Shown one piece after another: positions 9,694 through 21,949 of a DNA stretch of 64,000 bases. The position numbers and the translations under genes are program-made. The DNA comes from Planctomycetota bacterium (lineage in GTDB: Bacteria > Planctomycetota > UBA1135 > UBA2386), in contig OZ245838.1 of assembly GCA_965228735.1 (NCBI GenBank), forward strand, positions 2,304,001 to 2,368,000. Reading direction: 5' to 3'. Positions within the stretch are counted from its first letter, which is position 1; each line of letters opens with the position of its first letter. Below the pieces are notes generated by a model. It was not told the DNA's origin and did no database searches. It worked only from the letters and a program-made list of their open reading frames with translations.

Positions 9694-11163
9694 TCAGCGA
9701 CCGTTCCCGGCGCCCGTGCCGAACGCGTAGAGCGCGGCATCCGTCCGCACGAACACGTCGCCGGCGACGACCGCGGGCGTCGCAAACAGCTTCTCGCCGA
9801 ACTCGACCTCGCGCACGACCTGCAACTCGTCCGCGGCTTCGAGCACGTAGATCGTCCCGGCGCTCGAACAGACGACCACATGGCCGTCGACGGCGACCGG
9901 CGTCGCGTAGTACTCGCTGGTGTCGCCGAGGCGCTCGCGGCGGAACACCGGCTCCCCGGACTTCGCCTGAAAGCAGCTCACCACGCCGCCGGCCTTGACG
10001 AGCCAGACGCGGCCGTCGTGCAGCAGCGGTGACGACACGTACGGAACGCCACGGCGCTGCTGCCACGTCACGTGGGTCTGGGTCACGTCCCCCGCGCCAC
10101 CGGCGCGGATCGCGACCGCGAGGTTCTTGCCCATGCGCGGGAACTTCAGCACGCTCATCCACTCGTCGATCGACAGCGCTCCGTCGCCGTCGGCGTCGAG
10201 CGCGCCGAACGCGGCCCGCACCCGACCCGCCGGCGCTTCGGCGAGCGAGATCGCCTCGTCGCCGTCCTTGTCGAACCGCCGCAACAACGCCGCGGGATCG
10301 CGCTTCTCCTCTTCGGTCAGCTCGACGGTCTCCTCCATGCCGTCCGTGAAGCGATCGACGCCCGCCGCAGCCGGCGTCGACCAGGCCGCGAAGTAGAGCT
10401 GCTCGGCATCGCCTACCGGCGTCGTGCAGACGAGCGGCGAGAGGCCTTCGACCCGCCACAGCTCCCTGCCCGTCTTCGGGTCGTGCCCCGCGACCGTGCC
10501 GGTGCTCGCGATCACGAGTTCGGTCCGTTCTTGATTGCGCCACACGTACGGCGTCGCGTGCGAATCGAACTGCCGAACGCGCGGCAGTTCCCAGGCGAGT
10601 TCGCCGGTCGCCTCGTGCAGCGCGTAGAGCCGCGCGTCGGGGCAGCCGTCGCGCAGCAGCACGACGAGATCGCCACACAACGTCGGCGACGAGCCGTAGC
10701 CGAAGTCCCCGTTCGTCTCGGGCAGGGTCTTCTCCCACGCCGGCTCGCCGTCGACCGTGCGGGCGATCAGACCGTGGGTCGGGAAGTAGCAGAACACGCG
10801 TTCGCCGTTCGTGCAGGGCGTCGGCATCGCGAAACCCGCGTCGACGTGGTCGAACTTGCGCGGTTTCGGGGCGGGCACCGCGTGCCGCCACAGCTCCTTG
10901 CCGGTCCGGCGACCGAGCGCGACCAGCACGAGCTCCTCGCCATCGAGACCCGTCAGGAAGATGCGGTCTCCGTGGATGCACGGCGACGACTTGCCCGGCG
11001 GCACCGGCACGCGGTAGCGCAGGTCGCGGTCGCGGTCGAACGTCAACGTCGTCGCACCGGCCGCGCGCGCCGAATCGCTGCCGAGGAACTGCGGCCAGGA
11101 ATCGGTCGGGTCCTGGGGTGACGCAAGGACGGCGGAGCCGACGAGGAGGCAAGACGCGAGCAT
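9694..11163 (-). CDS. PQQ-binding-like (BamB-like) beta-propeller protein with an EF-hand pair insertion
   Basis: Signal peptide and WPQFLG. Repeated SSP/TP...TGKELW blades. EF-hand loops DKDGDEAISLAE and DADGDGALSIDE. Confidence 0.85.
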   Translation of the reverse strand: MLASCLLVGSAVLASPQDPTDSWPQFLGSDSARAAGATTLTFDRDRDLRYRVPVPPGKSSPCIHGDRIFLTGLDGEELVLVALGRRTGKELWRHAVPAPKPRKFDHVDAGFAMPTPCTNGERVFCYFPTHGLIARTVDGEPAWEKTLPETNGDFGYGSSPTLCGDLVVLLRDGCPDARLYALHEATGELAWELPRVRQFDSHATPYVWRNQERTELVIASTGTVAGHDPKTGRELWRVEGLSPLVCTTPVGDAEQLYFAAWSTPAAAGVDRFTDGMEETVELTEEEKRDPAALLRRFDKDGDEAISLAEAPAGRVRAAFGALDADGDGALSIDEWMSVLKFPRMGKNLAVAIRAGGAGDVTQTHVTWQQRRGVPYVSSPLLHDGRVWLVKAGGVVSCFQAKSGEPVFRRERLGDTSEYYATPVAVDGHVVVCSSAGTIYVLEAADELQVVREVEFGEKLFATPAVVAGDVFVRTDAALYAFGTGAGNGR

Positions 11164-11295
11164 CGCGGGATTGCAGGGCCCGACGCTACGAGATGCAACT
11201 CCCGGACAAGCAACCGTCGCGGACCGGTATCGCCGGGTCGGTTTGCGACTTCCTCGGGAACGAAACGGCTAGACTGACGTCTACGGAGAGTGCTC

Positions 11296-12582
11296 ATGCA
11301 GACCCCAGCCAGGACGTTCGCGACGCCCCTCGTCGCCTTCCTCGTGACCGCGCTCGCCGCGACGGTGCCGGCCCAGGACCGGCCGCCATCGGGGCGCAAG
11401 CTCGACGATCTCGTGAAGCAGTTCCTCGCCGCGGACGCGCGGACGGCCGCCGGCTTCCGCGAGCAGCAGGAGATCCTCGCGACGATCGCACGCGTGCCAA
11501 AGCTGAAGGCGCGCGACGTGACGGCGTGGAAGAAGAAGCTCGACAAGTTCCACGGCAAGGGCCAGAAGATCGAGAAGAGCGGCGACAACCAGTTCTTCGA
11601 GGACGGGACGGGCCGCTACATCGTCGGCGGCTACCGCGGCAGAAAACCCAAGGGCCTCGCGATCGCGATGCACGGCGGCGGGGTCGGCTCGGGCGACGCG
11701 GGCCCGGCCGCGGCGTCCTACGGCCCGGCGCTGAACTCGATCGGCTACGTGATGATCGCGCCCGAGGTGCTGCAGCGGACCGAGTGCGGCTGGACCGACT
11801 CGGGCACGGAGGAGTTCGTGCTGTCGCTCGTCGACTGCGCGCTGCGCACGTGGAAGATCGACCCCGATCACGTGATCTTCGTCGGGCACTCCATGGGCGG
11901 CTACGGCAGCTGGACGCTCGGCGCGCACCACGCCGACCGCGTCGCGGCCGTCGCGCCGAGCGCGGGCGCGCCGACGCCGATCCGCCGCGCGCCGGGCAGC
12001 CCGATCATCGACGTGATCGAGGGCGTGATCCCGTCGCTGCGCAACGTCTACGTGTCGTGCTTCCAGAGCACGGACGACCCGCAGGTCCCGCCGGGACCCA
12101 ACCAGTTCGCGACCAAGGCGCTCGCGGCGGCGAAGGAACGCTGGGGCGGGTTCGAGTTCGAATACTGGGAAGTGAACGACCGCGGCCACGGCGCGCCACC
12201 CGGCGGCCACAAGGCGCACGTCGAGAAGATCGCGGACAAGGTGCGCAACCCGGTGCCCGAGCGCATCGTCTGGCAGCCCGTGCTCGAGTGGAAGCGGCAG
12301 TTCTACTGGCTCTACTGGGAGAAGCCGGTCAAGAACGCCGTGCTCACGGCCGACCTCGATCGCGAGACCAACAGCGTGGCGATCACGTGCGAGCAGAGTA
12401 CGGACGGACTGCACGTGCTGCTCGACGACCGCGTGCTCGATCTCGGCAAGGAGATCGTCGTGACGGTGAACGAGCAGGAGACGTTCCGCGGCAAGGTCGA
12501 GCCTGACCTGCGGACGCTCGTGCTGACGAGCTGGCATCCCGATCCGGGGCTGCAGTTCGTCGCGATGGCGAAGGCGCACTGA
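11296..12582 (+). CDS. Secreted alpha/beta-hydrolase (esterase/peptidase-like)
   Basis: Signal peptide, MHGGG oxyanion motif, GHSMGG nucleophile elbow, candidate Asp (DDPQV) and His (RGHG). Confidence 0.8.
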   Translation: MQTPARTFATPLVAFLVTALAATVPAQDRPPSGRKLDDLVKQFLAADARTAAGFREQQEILATIARVPKLKARDVTAWKKKLDKFHGKGQKIEKSGDNQFFEDGTGRYIVGGYRGRKPKGLAIAMHGGGVGSGDAGPAAASYGPALNSIGYVMIAPEVLQRTECGWTDSGTEEFVLSLVDCALRTWKIDPDHVIFVGHSMGGYGSWTLGAHHADRVAAVAPSAGAPTPIRRAPGSPIIDVIEGVIPSLRNVYVSCFQSTDDPQVPPGPNQFATKALAAAKERWGGFEFEYWEVNDRGHGAPPGGHKAHVEKIADKVRNPVPERIVWQPVLEWKRQFYWLYWEKPVKNAVLTADLDRETNSVAITCEQSTDGLHVLLDDRVLDLGKEIVVTVNEQETFRGKVEPDLRTLVLTSWHPDPGLQFVAMAKAH

Positions 12583-12663
12583 GGGGCGCCGGCGGGCGTC
12601 AGCGGGGGCGGAGCGACGCGCACGCGCGAGCGTCGCCCTCGGGCAACCGCAGCCGTACGGCTG

Positions 12664-13425
12664 TCACGATCGGATCTTCGCGCGGTTGAACTCGCGGTTC
12701 AGGTCGGCGATCACGCGCACCGGGATCTCCTTCGGGCACGCGGCTTCGCACTCGTACTGGTTGGTGCAGTTGCCGAATCCTTCCTTGTCCATCGTCTCGA
12801 CGAGGTTGATCGCGCGGCGTTCGCGCTCGGCCTGACCTTGCGGGAGGTGCAGGAAGTGCGAGACCTTGGCGCCCGTGAAGAGCATGGCGCTCGCGTTCTT
12901 GCACGCCGCGACGCACGCGCCGCAGCCGATGCAGGTCGCCGCGTCGAACGCCCTGTCGGCGTCGGCCTTCGGCACCGGCATCGCGTTGGCGTCGACGGCC
13001 GCACCGGTGTTCACCGACACGAACGCGCCGGCCTGGACGATCCGGTCGAACGCGCTGCGATCGGTGACGAGGTCGCGCACGACGGGGAACGCCTTGGCAC
13101 GGAACGGCTCGACGTAGATCTCCGCGCCGTCCTGGAAACTGCGCATGTGCAGCTGGCACGCGGTCGTGCCGCTCTCGGGGCCGTGCGGCCGACCGTTGAT
13201 CGCGAGGCTGCACGTGCCGCAGATGCCTTCGCGGCAGTCGTGATCGAACGCGATCGGCTCCTCACCCTTCTGCGTCAGCTGCTCGTTGAGCACGTCGAGC
13301 ATCTCGAGGAACGACATGTCGGGTGACACGTCGTTCAACTCGTAGCGGACCATGCGACCGTCCTGGCCGAAGTCCGACTCGGTGCTCGGGCGGGACTGCC
13401 GCCAGACATGTAGAACGACTCTCAT
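12664..13425 (-). CDS. sdhB: Succinate dehydrogenase/fumarate reductase iron-sulfur subunit
   Basis: Cysteine clusters [20 protein letters not shown] and [13 protein letters not shown]. Confidence 0.95.
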   Translation of the reverse strand: MRVVLHVWRQSRPSTESDFGQDGRMVRYELNDVSPDMSFLEMLDVLNEQLTQKGEEPIAFDHDCREGICGTCSLAINGRPHGPESGTTACQLHMRSFQDGAEIYVEPFRAKAFPVVRDLVTDRSAFDRIVQAGAFVSVNTGAAVDANAMPVPKADADRAFDAATCIGCGACVAACKNASAMLFTGAKVSHFLHLPQGQAERERRAINLVETMDKEGFGNCTNQYECEAACPKEIPVRVIADLNREFNRAKIRS

Positions 13426-13434
13426 GATTGCTCC

Positions 13435-15350
<1,916 letters not shown>

Positions 15351-15354
<4 letters not shown>

Positions 15355-16043
15355 GCCTGCCCCCCGACGAGCCCCGTGAGAACGGCCAGAACGAGGAAGA
15401 TGTTGCCGCCCGTGATGAGCACGGCAACGGCGGTGGAAGCGGTCTTGATCATCGGGGTATAGCGGTCGTGATTGAGCCCGAGCGTCTGCGCCAGGCTCTG
15501 CACGCCGTGCGTGAGGTGGAAGAACAGCACCACCTGGAACGCGATGTAGGCGAGGGCGATGCCCGGCACGGAGAAGCCCGCGACGACCATGCCGTAGACG
15601 TCGTGCCCGCCGCTGCTCGTCTCCAGCGAGAAGTGGCCGGGGTTGGTCACGCCGAGCGTGAAGTGCAGCAAATGGTAGATGACGAACACGAGCGTCGAGA
15701 GGCCCGTGAAGACCATCGAGCGCGACGCCAGCGAGGCCTGGATCGTCGTCTCGCGCGCATACGGCACCGGGCGCGCCGCGCGATTCTGGCGCGCGAGGCG
15801 GATGCCCGTCACCACGTGCAGCACGAACACCGCGAGCAGGCCGAGGCGGGCGGCCCAGAGCAGGGCGCCCTTGCTCTTCAGGAACGCCGCGTAGTCGTTC
15901 ATCGCGTCCGCGCCCTGCAGCAGCAGCAGGTTGCCGAGCAGGTGCGCGACGAGGAAGCCGAACAGCAGCAGACCGGTGATCGCCATCGTCACCTTGCCGC
16001 CGATCGAGCTCCGCCAGCCGTCCAAGAGCCACGTCATCTTCAT
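15351..16043 (-). CDS. sdhC: Succinate dehydrogenase cytochrome b subunit (single dihaem membrane anchor type)
   Basis: [21 protein letters not shown], conserved His residues in TM helices, [15 protein letters not shown]. First gene of the sdhCAB operon. Confidence 0.9.
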
Positions 16044-16135
16044 CGCTGAAGGAGAATCGGGCGGGACGCGGCAGAAAGCAACTGTGGGAATCGAGCGCCG
16101 CGGCGATCGCGCGGCAGCCGACGAGCGAATTTCGC

Positions 16136-16169
16136 CGAAGTCGACGGTAAGGCGAAGTCGACGGTAAGG
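16136..16169. repeat. Perfect 17-bp tandem duplication (CGAAGTCGACGGTAAGG)x2 upstream of sdhC
   Basis: Copies at 16136-16152 and 16153-16169. Confidence 0.85.
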
Positions 16170-16184
16170 CCGCACGGCCGACTG

Positions 16185-17249
16185 CTACGGCAACCGCAGC
16201 AGCGTCACGTTCCCCGAGAACCCGACCACGACGATCTCACGCGTCGTCGGATCGCCGTCGAGCTCACCGCTCGTGGCGTGGTGCAGCGCGTCGGTGTCCA
16301 GCTCGGTGTGCACGGGCAGCCACCTCGACTCGTCGCCGTTGCTCGCGAGCACCGTCAGCCGTTTGGCGTAGCCGACCGTGACGGCCTCGCGCCCCGGCAG
16401 CTCGGGATCGAGGTCGGCGAGCACCGCGCCGCGCAGCTTGAGCTCTTCCCGATGGATCGTGTCCTGCCGGCCGTCGCGAAAGAAGTGCAGCGTGCCGTCG
16501 TCGCAGCAGAACAGCAGCGCGTCGCCGTCCGCACCGATCCGCGCGACGCCGGTGTCACCCTCGAGCAGCAGCTTGGCCGCGAGCTCGCCGCCGACCGGAC
16601 GACACAGGTGGATCGCGCCGTCGGAGCCGCCGACGGCGACGCCGCCCTGGAACGGCGTCGCGCACTTGCCCGGTCCGGAGATCCTCGCACTGCCGAGCTC
16701 GCGCCACGCGCCGCCCGAATACACCACCTCGCGCACCCGGTTCGAGAAGCCGGCGACCCACACCTCGTTCCCGGCCGCGTTCGGATCGGCATCGGCGACA
16801 CACACGCCGTGCAGCAGGCGCGCGTCGTCGGCGATCTTCTGATGCCGCCACGCGCCGGCCTCGTTCCACACCGCGTACGCGGCCCCGGGCGCGGTCTCGT
16901 CCTCGGCGCCGCGCAGCATGCCGACCGCGATGATCTCGTCGCCCGGGATGTCGGGCCGGACGTCGCCCGTCGTCACCTGGATCATCTCACCGGGCAGCGT
17001 CACGGCGACGACCGCGTCCCAGTAGACGCCGTCGGTCGAACCCATGACCCAGACCTTGCCGTCCGTCGCGGTCGCGACGATCTCGTTCCCGGGCCACTTC
17101 TGCGACACGTCGCCGATCGCGCAGCCACCGAGGCCCGCATCCGCGCGCAGGATGACCGAGCTCTGCCAGTCCGCGGTGAGCGGCGCCGTGCCGCACGCGG
17201 CCAGAAGCAGGAGAAGAACGAGAGCGAGCGGAGTTCGCGCCTGAGTCAT
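16185..17249 (-). CDS. Lipoprotein with FG-GAP-like propeller repeats
   Basis: ATG 17249 and lipobox LAAC. Repeats [38 protein letters not shown] and [13 protein letters not shown]. Confidence 0.75.
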   Translation of the reverse strand: MTQARTPLALVLLLLLAACGTAPLTADWQSSVILRADAGLGGCAIGDVSQKWPGNEIVATATDGKVWVMGSTDGVYWDAVVAVTLPGEMIQVTTGDVRPDIPGDEIIAVGMLRGAEDETAPGAAYAVWNEAGAWRHQKIADDARLLHGVCVADADPNAAGNEVWVAGFSNRVREVVYSGGAWRELGSARISGPGKCATPFQGGVAVGGSDGAIHLCRPVGGELAAKLLLEGDTGVARIGADGDALLFCCDDGTLHFFRDGRQDTIHREELKLRGAVLADLDPELPGREAVTVGYAKRLTVLASNGDESRWLPVHTELDTDALHHATSGELDGDPTTREIVVVGFSGNVTLLRLP

Positions 17250-17268
17250 TGGGAGAGAGTTGCAGCCG

Positions 17269-20200
17269 TCAGTTGCCCAGCACGACCTGCAACGCGCCCG
17301 TCGTCGAGAACGCGCCGAGGATGCCACCGCCCGCGTCGACGATGGCCCACTGGTAGAAGAGATTGAGCCCGAGATAACTCGGATCGCTCGGAATCGCCAT
17401 GCCGGCGCCGCCGTACCCGCTGGCGTCGGTCACGAGCGAGAGCCCGGGCAGGGTCGGGTTGGCGACGTATTGCCGGCACCCGGGCGCCCAGTAGATGCTC
17501 GCGGGCGCGAACGAGATGACCTGCAGCGCGAAGCTGAGCGGCGCCGCGTCGTCGACCGTGATCTGAAAGCCCGCGTTGCCGAGCTGCGGCAGCCCGACCG
17601 TACCGATGATCGGCGCGCCGTTGGTGCCGTCGCAGGGCTCACCATAGGGCAGCACGAACGCGACGCCCGCGGTCGTCGGGTCGTAGATCCACGGCTCGCT
17701 GCCGACGACGCCGTCGTTGCACGCGAAGTAGACGACCGCGCCCGCGTCGTAGAAGTCGGAGAGCTCGGCCGCGCCGCGCCCCGGCGGACCGAAGTTCGTC
17801 ACCTTCGTCGTGCCGGCAGCCGTGCCGTTGCTGATCCACAGTTCGAGCCCGTCCTGCGGCGAACCCGCGCCGAACAGCAGCTGCGAGCCGCCGAGCACCG
17901 CCGTCAACGTGCCCGACACGACGCCGTCCGCCTCGCCGGGGCCGATGTCGAGCACCATCTGGGTGCCCGCCGTCGTGCCGTCGCTGAACCACAGCTCCGC
18001 GCCGCTGCCCGTGCCGTCGTCGGAAACGAAGAACAGTCCGAGGTTGGTCCAGGTGAGCTCGGTGTAGGCGTGGAAGAGCCCAGCGCCCCACGTCGTGATC
18101 TGGTGCGTGCCGGCCGCCGTGCCGTCGGAGAACCAGATCTCGCGCGAGCCCCCGACCGTCGCGGTGAAGTAGACGCCGTTGGCAGCCGCCGTCACCTCGA
18201 GCGGCGTGCCCCCGCCGACGCCGGGCACGAGGTCGGCGACGAGCACCGTGCCGGCCGCCGTGCCATCGCTGACCCAGAGTTCGTTGCCGGTGCTGCCGTC
18301 GAACGCGCGGAAGAACACTCGGTCACCGACCGCCGTGAACTGGCTGACGTTGGACGATGCCGCGCCGGGTCGGATGTCGACGAGCAGCATCGTGCCGGCC
18401 GCCGTGCCGTCCGTCACCCACGGCTCGCGCCCGTGCGTGCCGTCGTCGGCCGAGAAGAACACGAGGTCAGAGACCGGCGTGAAGTCCTCCGCCAGCAGGC
18501 CGATGCTGTTGCCCAAACCCGGCTTGATGTCGAGCAGCTCGAACGTGCCGGCCACGGTGCCGTCGCTGACCCACGGCTCGCGACCACTCCCGCCGCTGCC
18601 GCCCGCGTTCCCCGAGAAGACGACGAGATCGCCGAACGCGGTCATGCCCCGCGGATCGTAGTTGTTCGCGAGCGTGGTCAGCTGCAGCGTGCCCGCGGTC
18701 GTGCCGTCCGTCGCGAACAGCTGGCGGCCACCGCTCGTGTTGCCGGAGAAGAACGCGGTCGCGCCCGTCGACGCGAAGTAGTCGGGGTTGGAACCGAACG
18801 AGCCGGCATAGACGTCCGCCACGATCCCCGTTCCCGCCGGCGTGCCGTCGGTGATCCACGGTTCGCGCCCCGACGAGTTGGAGCCAGCCGCGAACAGCGT
18901 CAGCCCGTTCACCGTCACGAACTCGTCCGGGAACGAGCCATCGAAGGGCGGCGAGCAGTCGGCCAAGAGCGCCGTGCCGGGCAACGTCCCGTCCGTGATC
19001 GCCGGTTCGTCACCGGCGTTGCCGACGAGGCCCGCGAACAGCACGTTGCCGGCCAGCTCCGTGATGGCGTCGGGATGGGTGCCGAAGACACCGGGCGCGA
19101 GGTCCGCGACGAGCACCGTGCCGGCGGCCGTGCCGTCCGTGCGATGGAACTCCGTGCCGAGGCTGCCGGCGTTGGCCTGGAACCAGAGCTCGTTCCCGAT
19201 CTGCCCGAACCCCTGCGGGCTCGAGTGCGCGCTGCCCGGGTTGATGTCGATCAGCAGCTGCGTGCCCGCGACGGTCCCGTCGGTGTGCCACAGCTCACGG
19301 CCGTGCACGCTGTCGTCGACGGAGAACAGCACCTCGCCCTGCCACGCGACGAAGTGGCCGACGAAGCTGTTGCCGACCGGGTTGATGTCGACGAGCTGCG
19401 TGCCCGCCGCGGTCCCGTCCGTGAGCCACAGTTCGCGGCCGTTCGTGCCGTCGTCCGCGGCAAACACCGCGAACGCACCGGCGTCGAGGAAGTCGCTGGC
19501 CGTCGAGCCGAGCGTGCCCGGCTTGAGGTCGCCGAGCAGCACCGTACCGCTCGCCGTCCCGTCGCTGAAGTACGGTTCCCGACCGATCCCGCTGCCGTCG
19601 TCCGCGACGAACAGCACGCCGTTGCCGAACGGCGCGATCGTGTTGATGATCGTGCCGCCGGTGGGATCGAGGTCCGCGACCATCGTCGTGCCGGCGACCG
19701 TACCGTCACTCCGCCATAGCTCCGTGCCGTGCGTGCCGTCGTTCGCCGCGAACCAGATGTGACCTGGCGTCACGACGAGCTGATCGACGTTGCCGCTCGC
19801 GAGGCCGGGGTTGACGTCGACGAAGAGCGTCGTTCCCGCCGTCGTTCCGTCGGTCCGCCACAGCTCGATGCCGTTGCTGCCGTCGTTGGCGCTGAAGTAG
19901 ACGTAGTTGCCGAGCCGCACGAGGCCCGAGATCGCCGCCGAGGCCCCGGGCCGCACGTTCTTCACGAGCACCGTCCCCGCCGTCGTGCCGTCGGTCTTCC
20001 ACAGCTCGACGCCGAGACCCGGCACGTTCGCCGCGAACAGCAACTCGGCGTTGAGCTCGACGAAGTCCGTGGGATTGCTGGAACCGGCCGGGTTGAGATC
20101 GGACAGGATGTGCGTGCCCGCCACGGTGCCGTCGGTGACCCACGGTTCGCGCCCGAACGGCCCGTTGGGTGAGAACACCGCGACTCCGCCGAGGACGTGG

Positions 20201-20352
20201 AACGCGCTGATCCCGCTGCCGGGGTTCGCCGAGCTGCTGCTGACCAGGTTGTCGACGAGGTTCTGGGCGGTGGCCGCACCGGCCAAATTGATGGCGGCCA
20301 GACCGGTGGCGGCCACGACCGCGAGAGATGGACGGACGGGGAGGCGAAGCAT
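17269..20352 (-). CDS. ELWxxDGT-repeat surface protein with shared C-terminal domain
   Basis: About 17-18 repeats of G.E(L/P)W.(T/S)DGT.AGT. Signal peptide from ATG 20352 ending AATAQ. Confidence 0.9.
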   Translation of the reverse strand: MLRLPVRPSLAVVAATGLAAINLAGAATAQNLVDNLVSSSSANPGSGISAFHVLGGVAVFSPNGPFGREPWVTDGTVAGTHILSDLNPAGSSNPTDFVELNAELLFAANVPGLGVELWKTDGTTAGTVLVKNVRPGASAAISGLVRLGNYVYFSANDGSNGIELWRTDGTTAGTTLFVDVNPGLASGNVDQLVVTPGHIWFAANDGTHGTELWRSDGTVAGTTMVADLDPTGGTIINTIAPFGNGVLFVADDGSGIGREPYFSDGTASGTVLLGDLKPGTLGSTASDFLDAGAFAVFAADDGTNGRELWLTDGTAAGTQLVDINPVGNSFVGHFVAWQGEVLFSVDDSVHGRELWHTDGTVAGTQLLIDINPGSAHSSPQGFGQIGNELWFQANAGSLGTEFHRTDGTAAGTVLVADLAPGVFGTHPDAITELAGNVLFAGLVGNAGDEPAITDGTLPGTALLADCSPPFDGSFPDEFVTVNGLTLFAAGSNSSGREPWITDGTPAGTGIVADVYAGSFGSNPDYFASTGATAFFSGNTSGGRQLFATDGTTAGTLQLTTLANNYDPRGMTAFGDLVVFSGNAGGSGGSGREPWVSDGTVAGTFELLDIKPGLGNSIGLLAEDFTPVSDLVFFSADDGTHGREPWVTDGTAAGTMLLVDIRPGAASSNVSQFTAVGDRVFFRAFDGSTGNELWVSDGTAAGTVLVADLVPGVGGGTPLEVTAAANGVYFTATVGGSREIWFSDGTAAGTHQITTWGAGLFHAYTELTWTNLGLFFVSDDGTGSGAELWFSDGTTAGTQMVLDIGPGEADGVVSGTLTAVLGGSQLLFGAGSPQDGLELWISNGTAAGTTKVTNFGPPGRGAAELSDFYDAGAVVYFACNDGVVGSEPWIYDPTTAGVAFVLPYGEPCDGTNGAPIIGTVGLPQLGNAGFQITVDDAAPLSFALQVISFAPASIYWAPGCRQYVANPTLPGLSLVTDASGYGGAGMAIPSDPSYLGLNLFYQWAIVDAGGGILGAFSTTGALQVVLGN

Positions 20353-20470
20353 GGTCAATCGAGAAGGGCGCGCCGACGGGCAACGCACGCGGAAACGCGC
20401 GACCATCCTACCCGCCACGACGATTTCGGCGAAGCCGACCGGCGGGGCCGACCGCACCCGATGCCGCCCA

Positions 20471-21856
20471 TTACTGCACGACGTCTCGGATCGCGTTGCC
20501 GAGCACCGGCGGCCGCAGCGGGTCCAGCGTCAACGCCTGGTAGTGCAGTTCGAGCCCGACGAGGCCGGCCTGGTTCGGGATCGGGAACGTGACGTTCACG
20601 CCACCGTTCGTCGCCATCAGCAGCGGCAGGGGCACCGCGGCGGCAGGCAGCAGACGCAGCGTGCCGAGGCCCGGGATCGGCTGGCTCGCGCCCGCGGTGC
20701 TCACCGCCGCGAGCACCGGCGTCGACGCCGAATCGCGCGGCACGACGAACTCGACGGTGTAGGGCTGGCCGAGCTGCGGTGCTGCCGGCGAATCGACCTG
20801 ACGTTGCGCGTTCGTCGCGATCATCCACGGCCCGACGAGGTCGAGATCGCGATCGCCGTCCACGTCGATCAGGACCATGTCGGAGCCCAGCCCATTCAGC
20901 CCGGGGGTCGGGCGCGTCGTGAAGTTGCCGAGGCCGTCGTGCTCGTGCACCCGACCCGCGCTGATGAGGTCGAGGTCGCCGTCCTCGTCGTAGTCGAGCG
21001 CGAATCCGACGCTCTGGACCTGGAGGTTCGACGGGTTGGCGAACGCCATGCCGCCGAGGTTGCGGCGGAACCGGCCGTCCGCCCAGATCAAATCGATCCG
21101 GCCGTCGCCGTCGAGGTCGCCCGGGACGAACCGCCCCGCCAGGTTGAGGCCCAGCAAGGTGAACACGGCGTTGCCCTGGTTGACGAAGATCGCCCCGGGC
21201 CCCCACCGGCTCGGCAGCACGATGTCGAGGTCGCCGTCCTGATCGAGGTCCGCGGCGAAACAGCCCGACTGTTGACCCGACGCACCGGCCGTCGTTCCCG
21301 GCAGGTTCGTCGCGGACACATCCGTGAACACCCCGGTGCCGTCGTTGAGGTAGAGCCGCGTCGACGACGCCGCCTGCACGAGCCAGTCGACGTCGCCGTC
21401 GCCGTCGAAGTCGCCGACGACCTGGTCGACGCTCCAGTCCGCGTTCGCCGGCAGCGCGGTCGCCGAGACGTCGACGAACGTGCCGTTGCCGGTGTTGAGG
21501 TGGACCCGGTCCGGCACGTTGTGGTCGTTCACCACGAGCAGATCGAGGTCGCCGTCGCCGTCGAGGTCAGCGAGGTCGACGGCATAGGACGCGTTCGAGG
21601 CCGGGGTCGTGAGGCGGCCGGCGGTGGCATCGACGAAGGTGCCGCGACCGTCGTTGAGCCACAGCTCGTTCGGGCCGTAGTCGTTGGCGATCACGAGATC
21701 GGGGTCGCCGTCGCCGTCGACGTCACCCGCCGCCACGTTGTAGCCGTAGACGATCGGGGGCAGCGAGTGGTGCCGGGTCGTGCGGAACGGATCCTGCGCC
21801 GCGACGCAGGTCGCGAGCAGCAGGCCCGGGAACAGCAGCTTGTCCGAGGGGATCAT
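20471..21856 (-). CDS. FG-GAP/VCBS-repeat secreted protein with shared C-terminal domain
   Basis: Repeated (G/A)DxDGDGDxDL motifs plus LxLNxGxGxFxD. Signal peptide ending VAAQ. Confidence 0.88.
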   Translation of the reverse strand: MIPSDKLLFPGLLLATCVAAQDPFRTTRHHSLPPIVYGYNVAAGDVDGDGDPDLVIANDYGPNELWLNDGRGTFVDATAGRLTTPASNASYAVDLADLDGDGDLDLLVVNDHNVPDRVHLNTGNGTFVDVSATALPANADWSVDQVVGDFDGDGDVDWLVQAASSTRLYLNDGTGVFTDVSATNLPGTTAGASGQQSGCFAADLDQDGDLDIVLPSRWGPGAIFVNQGNAVFTLLGLNLAGRFVPGDLDGDGRIDLIWADGRFRRNLGGMAFANPSNLQVQSVGFALDYDEDGDLDLISAGRVHEHDGLGNFTTRPTPGLNGLGSDMVLIDVDGDRDLDLVGPWMIATNAQRQVDSPAAPQLGQPYTVEFVVPRDSASTPVLAAVSTAGASQPIPGLGTLRLLPAAAVPLPLLMATNGGVNVTFPIPNQAGLVGLELHYQALTLDPLRPPVLGNAIRDVVQ

Positions 21857-21949
21857 GGCAGCCGTGGAGCAAAGGCCGTGCCACCCGCAGCCGACGAGCG
21901 CGCTTGTTCGAGGACTGGCGACCGCATTCGACTATCGTCCGCCGGCACG

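Noticed and set aside
17269..20352. Nucleotide-level repeats (GTGCCGTCG... every ~150 bp) as a DNA repeat array
   Set aside because: They are fully explained by the ELWxxDGT protein repeats.
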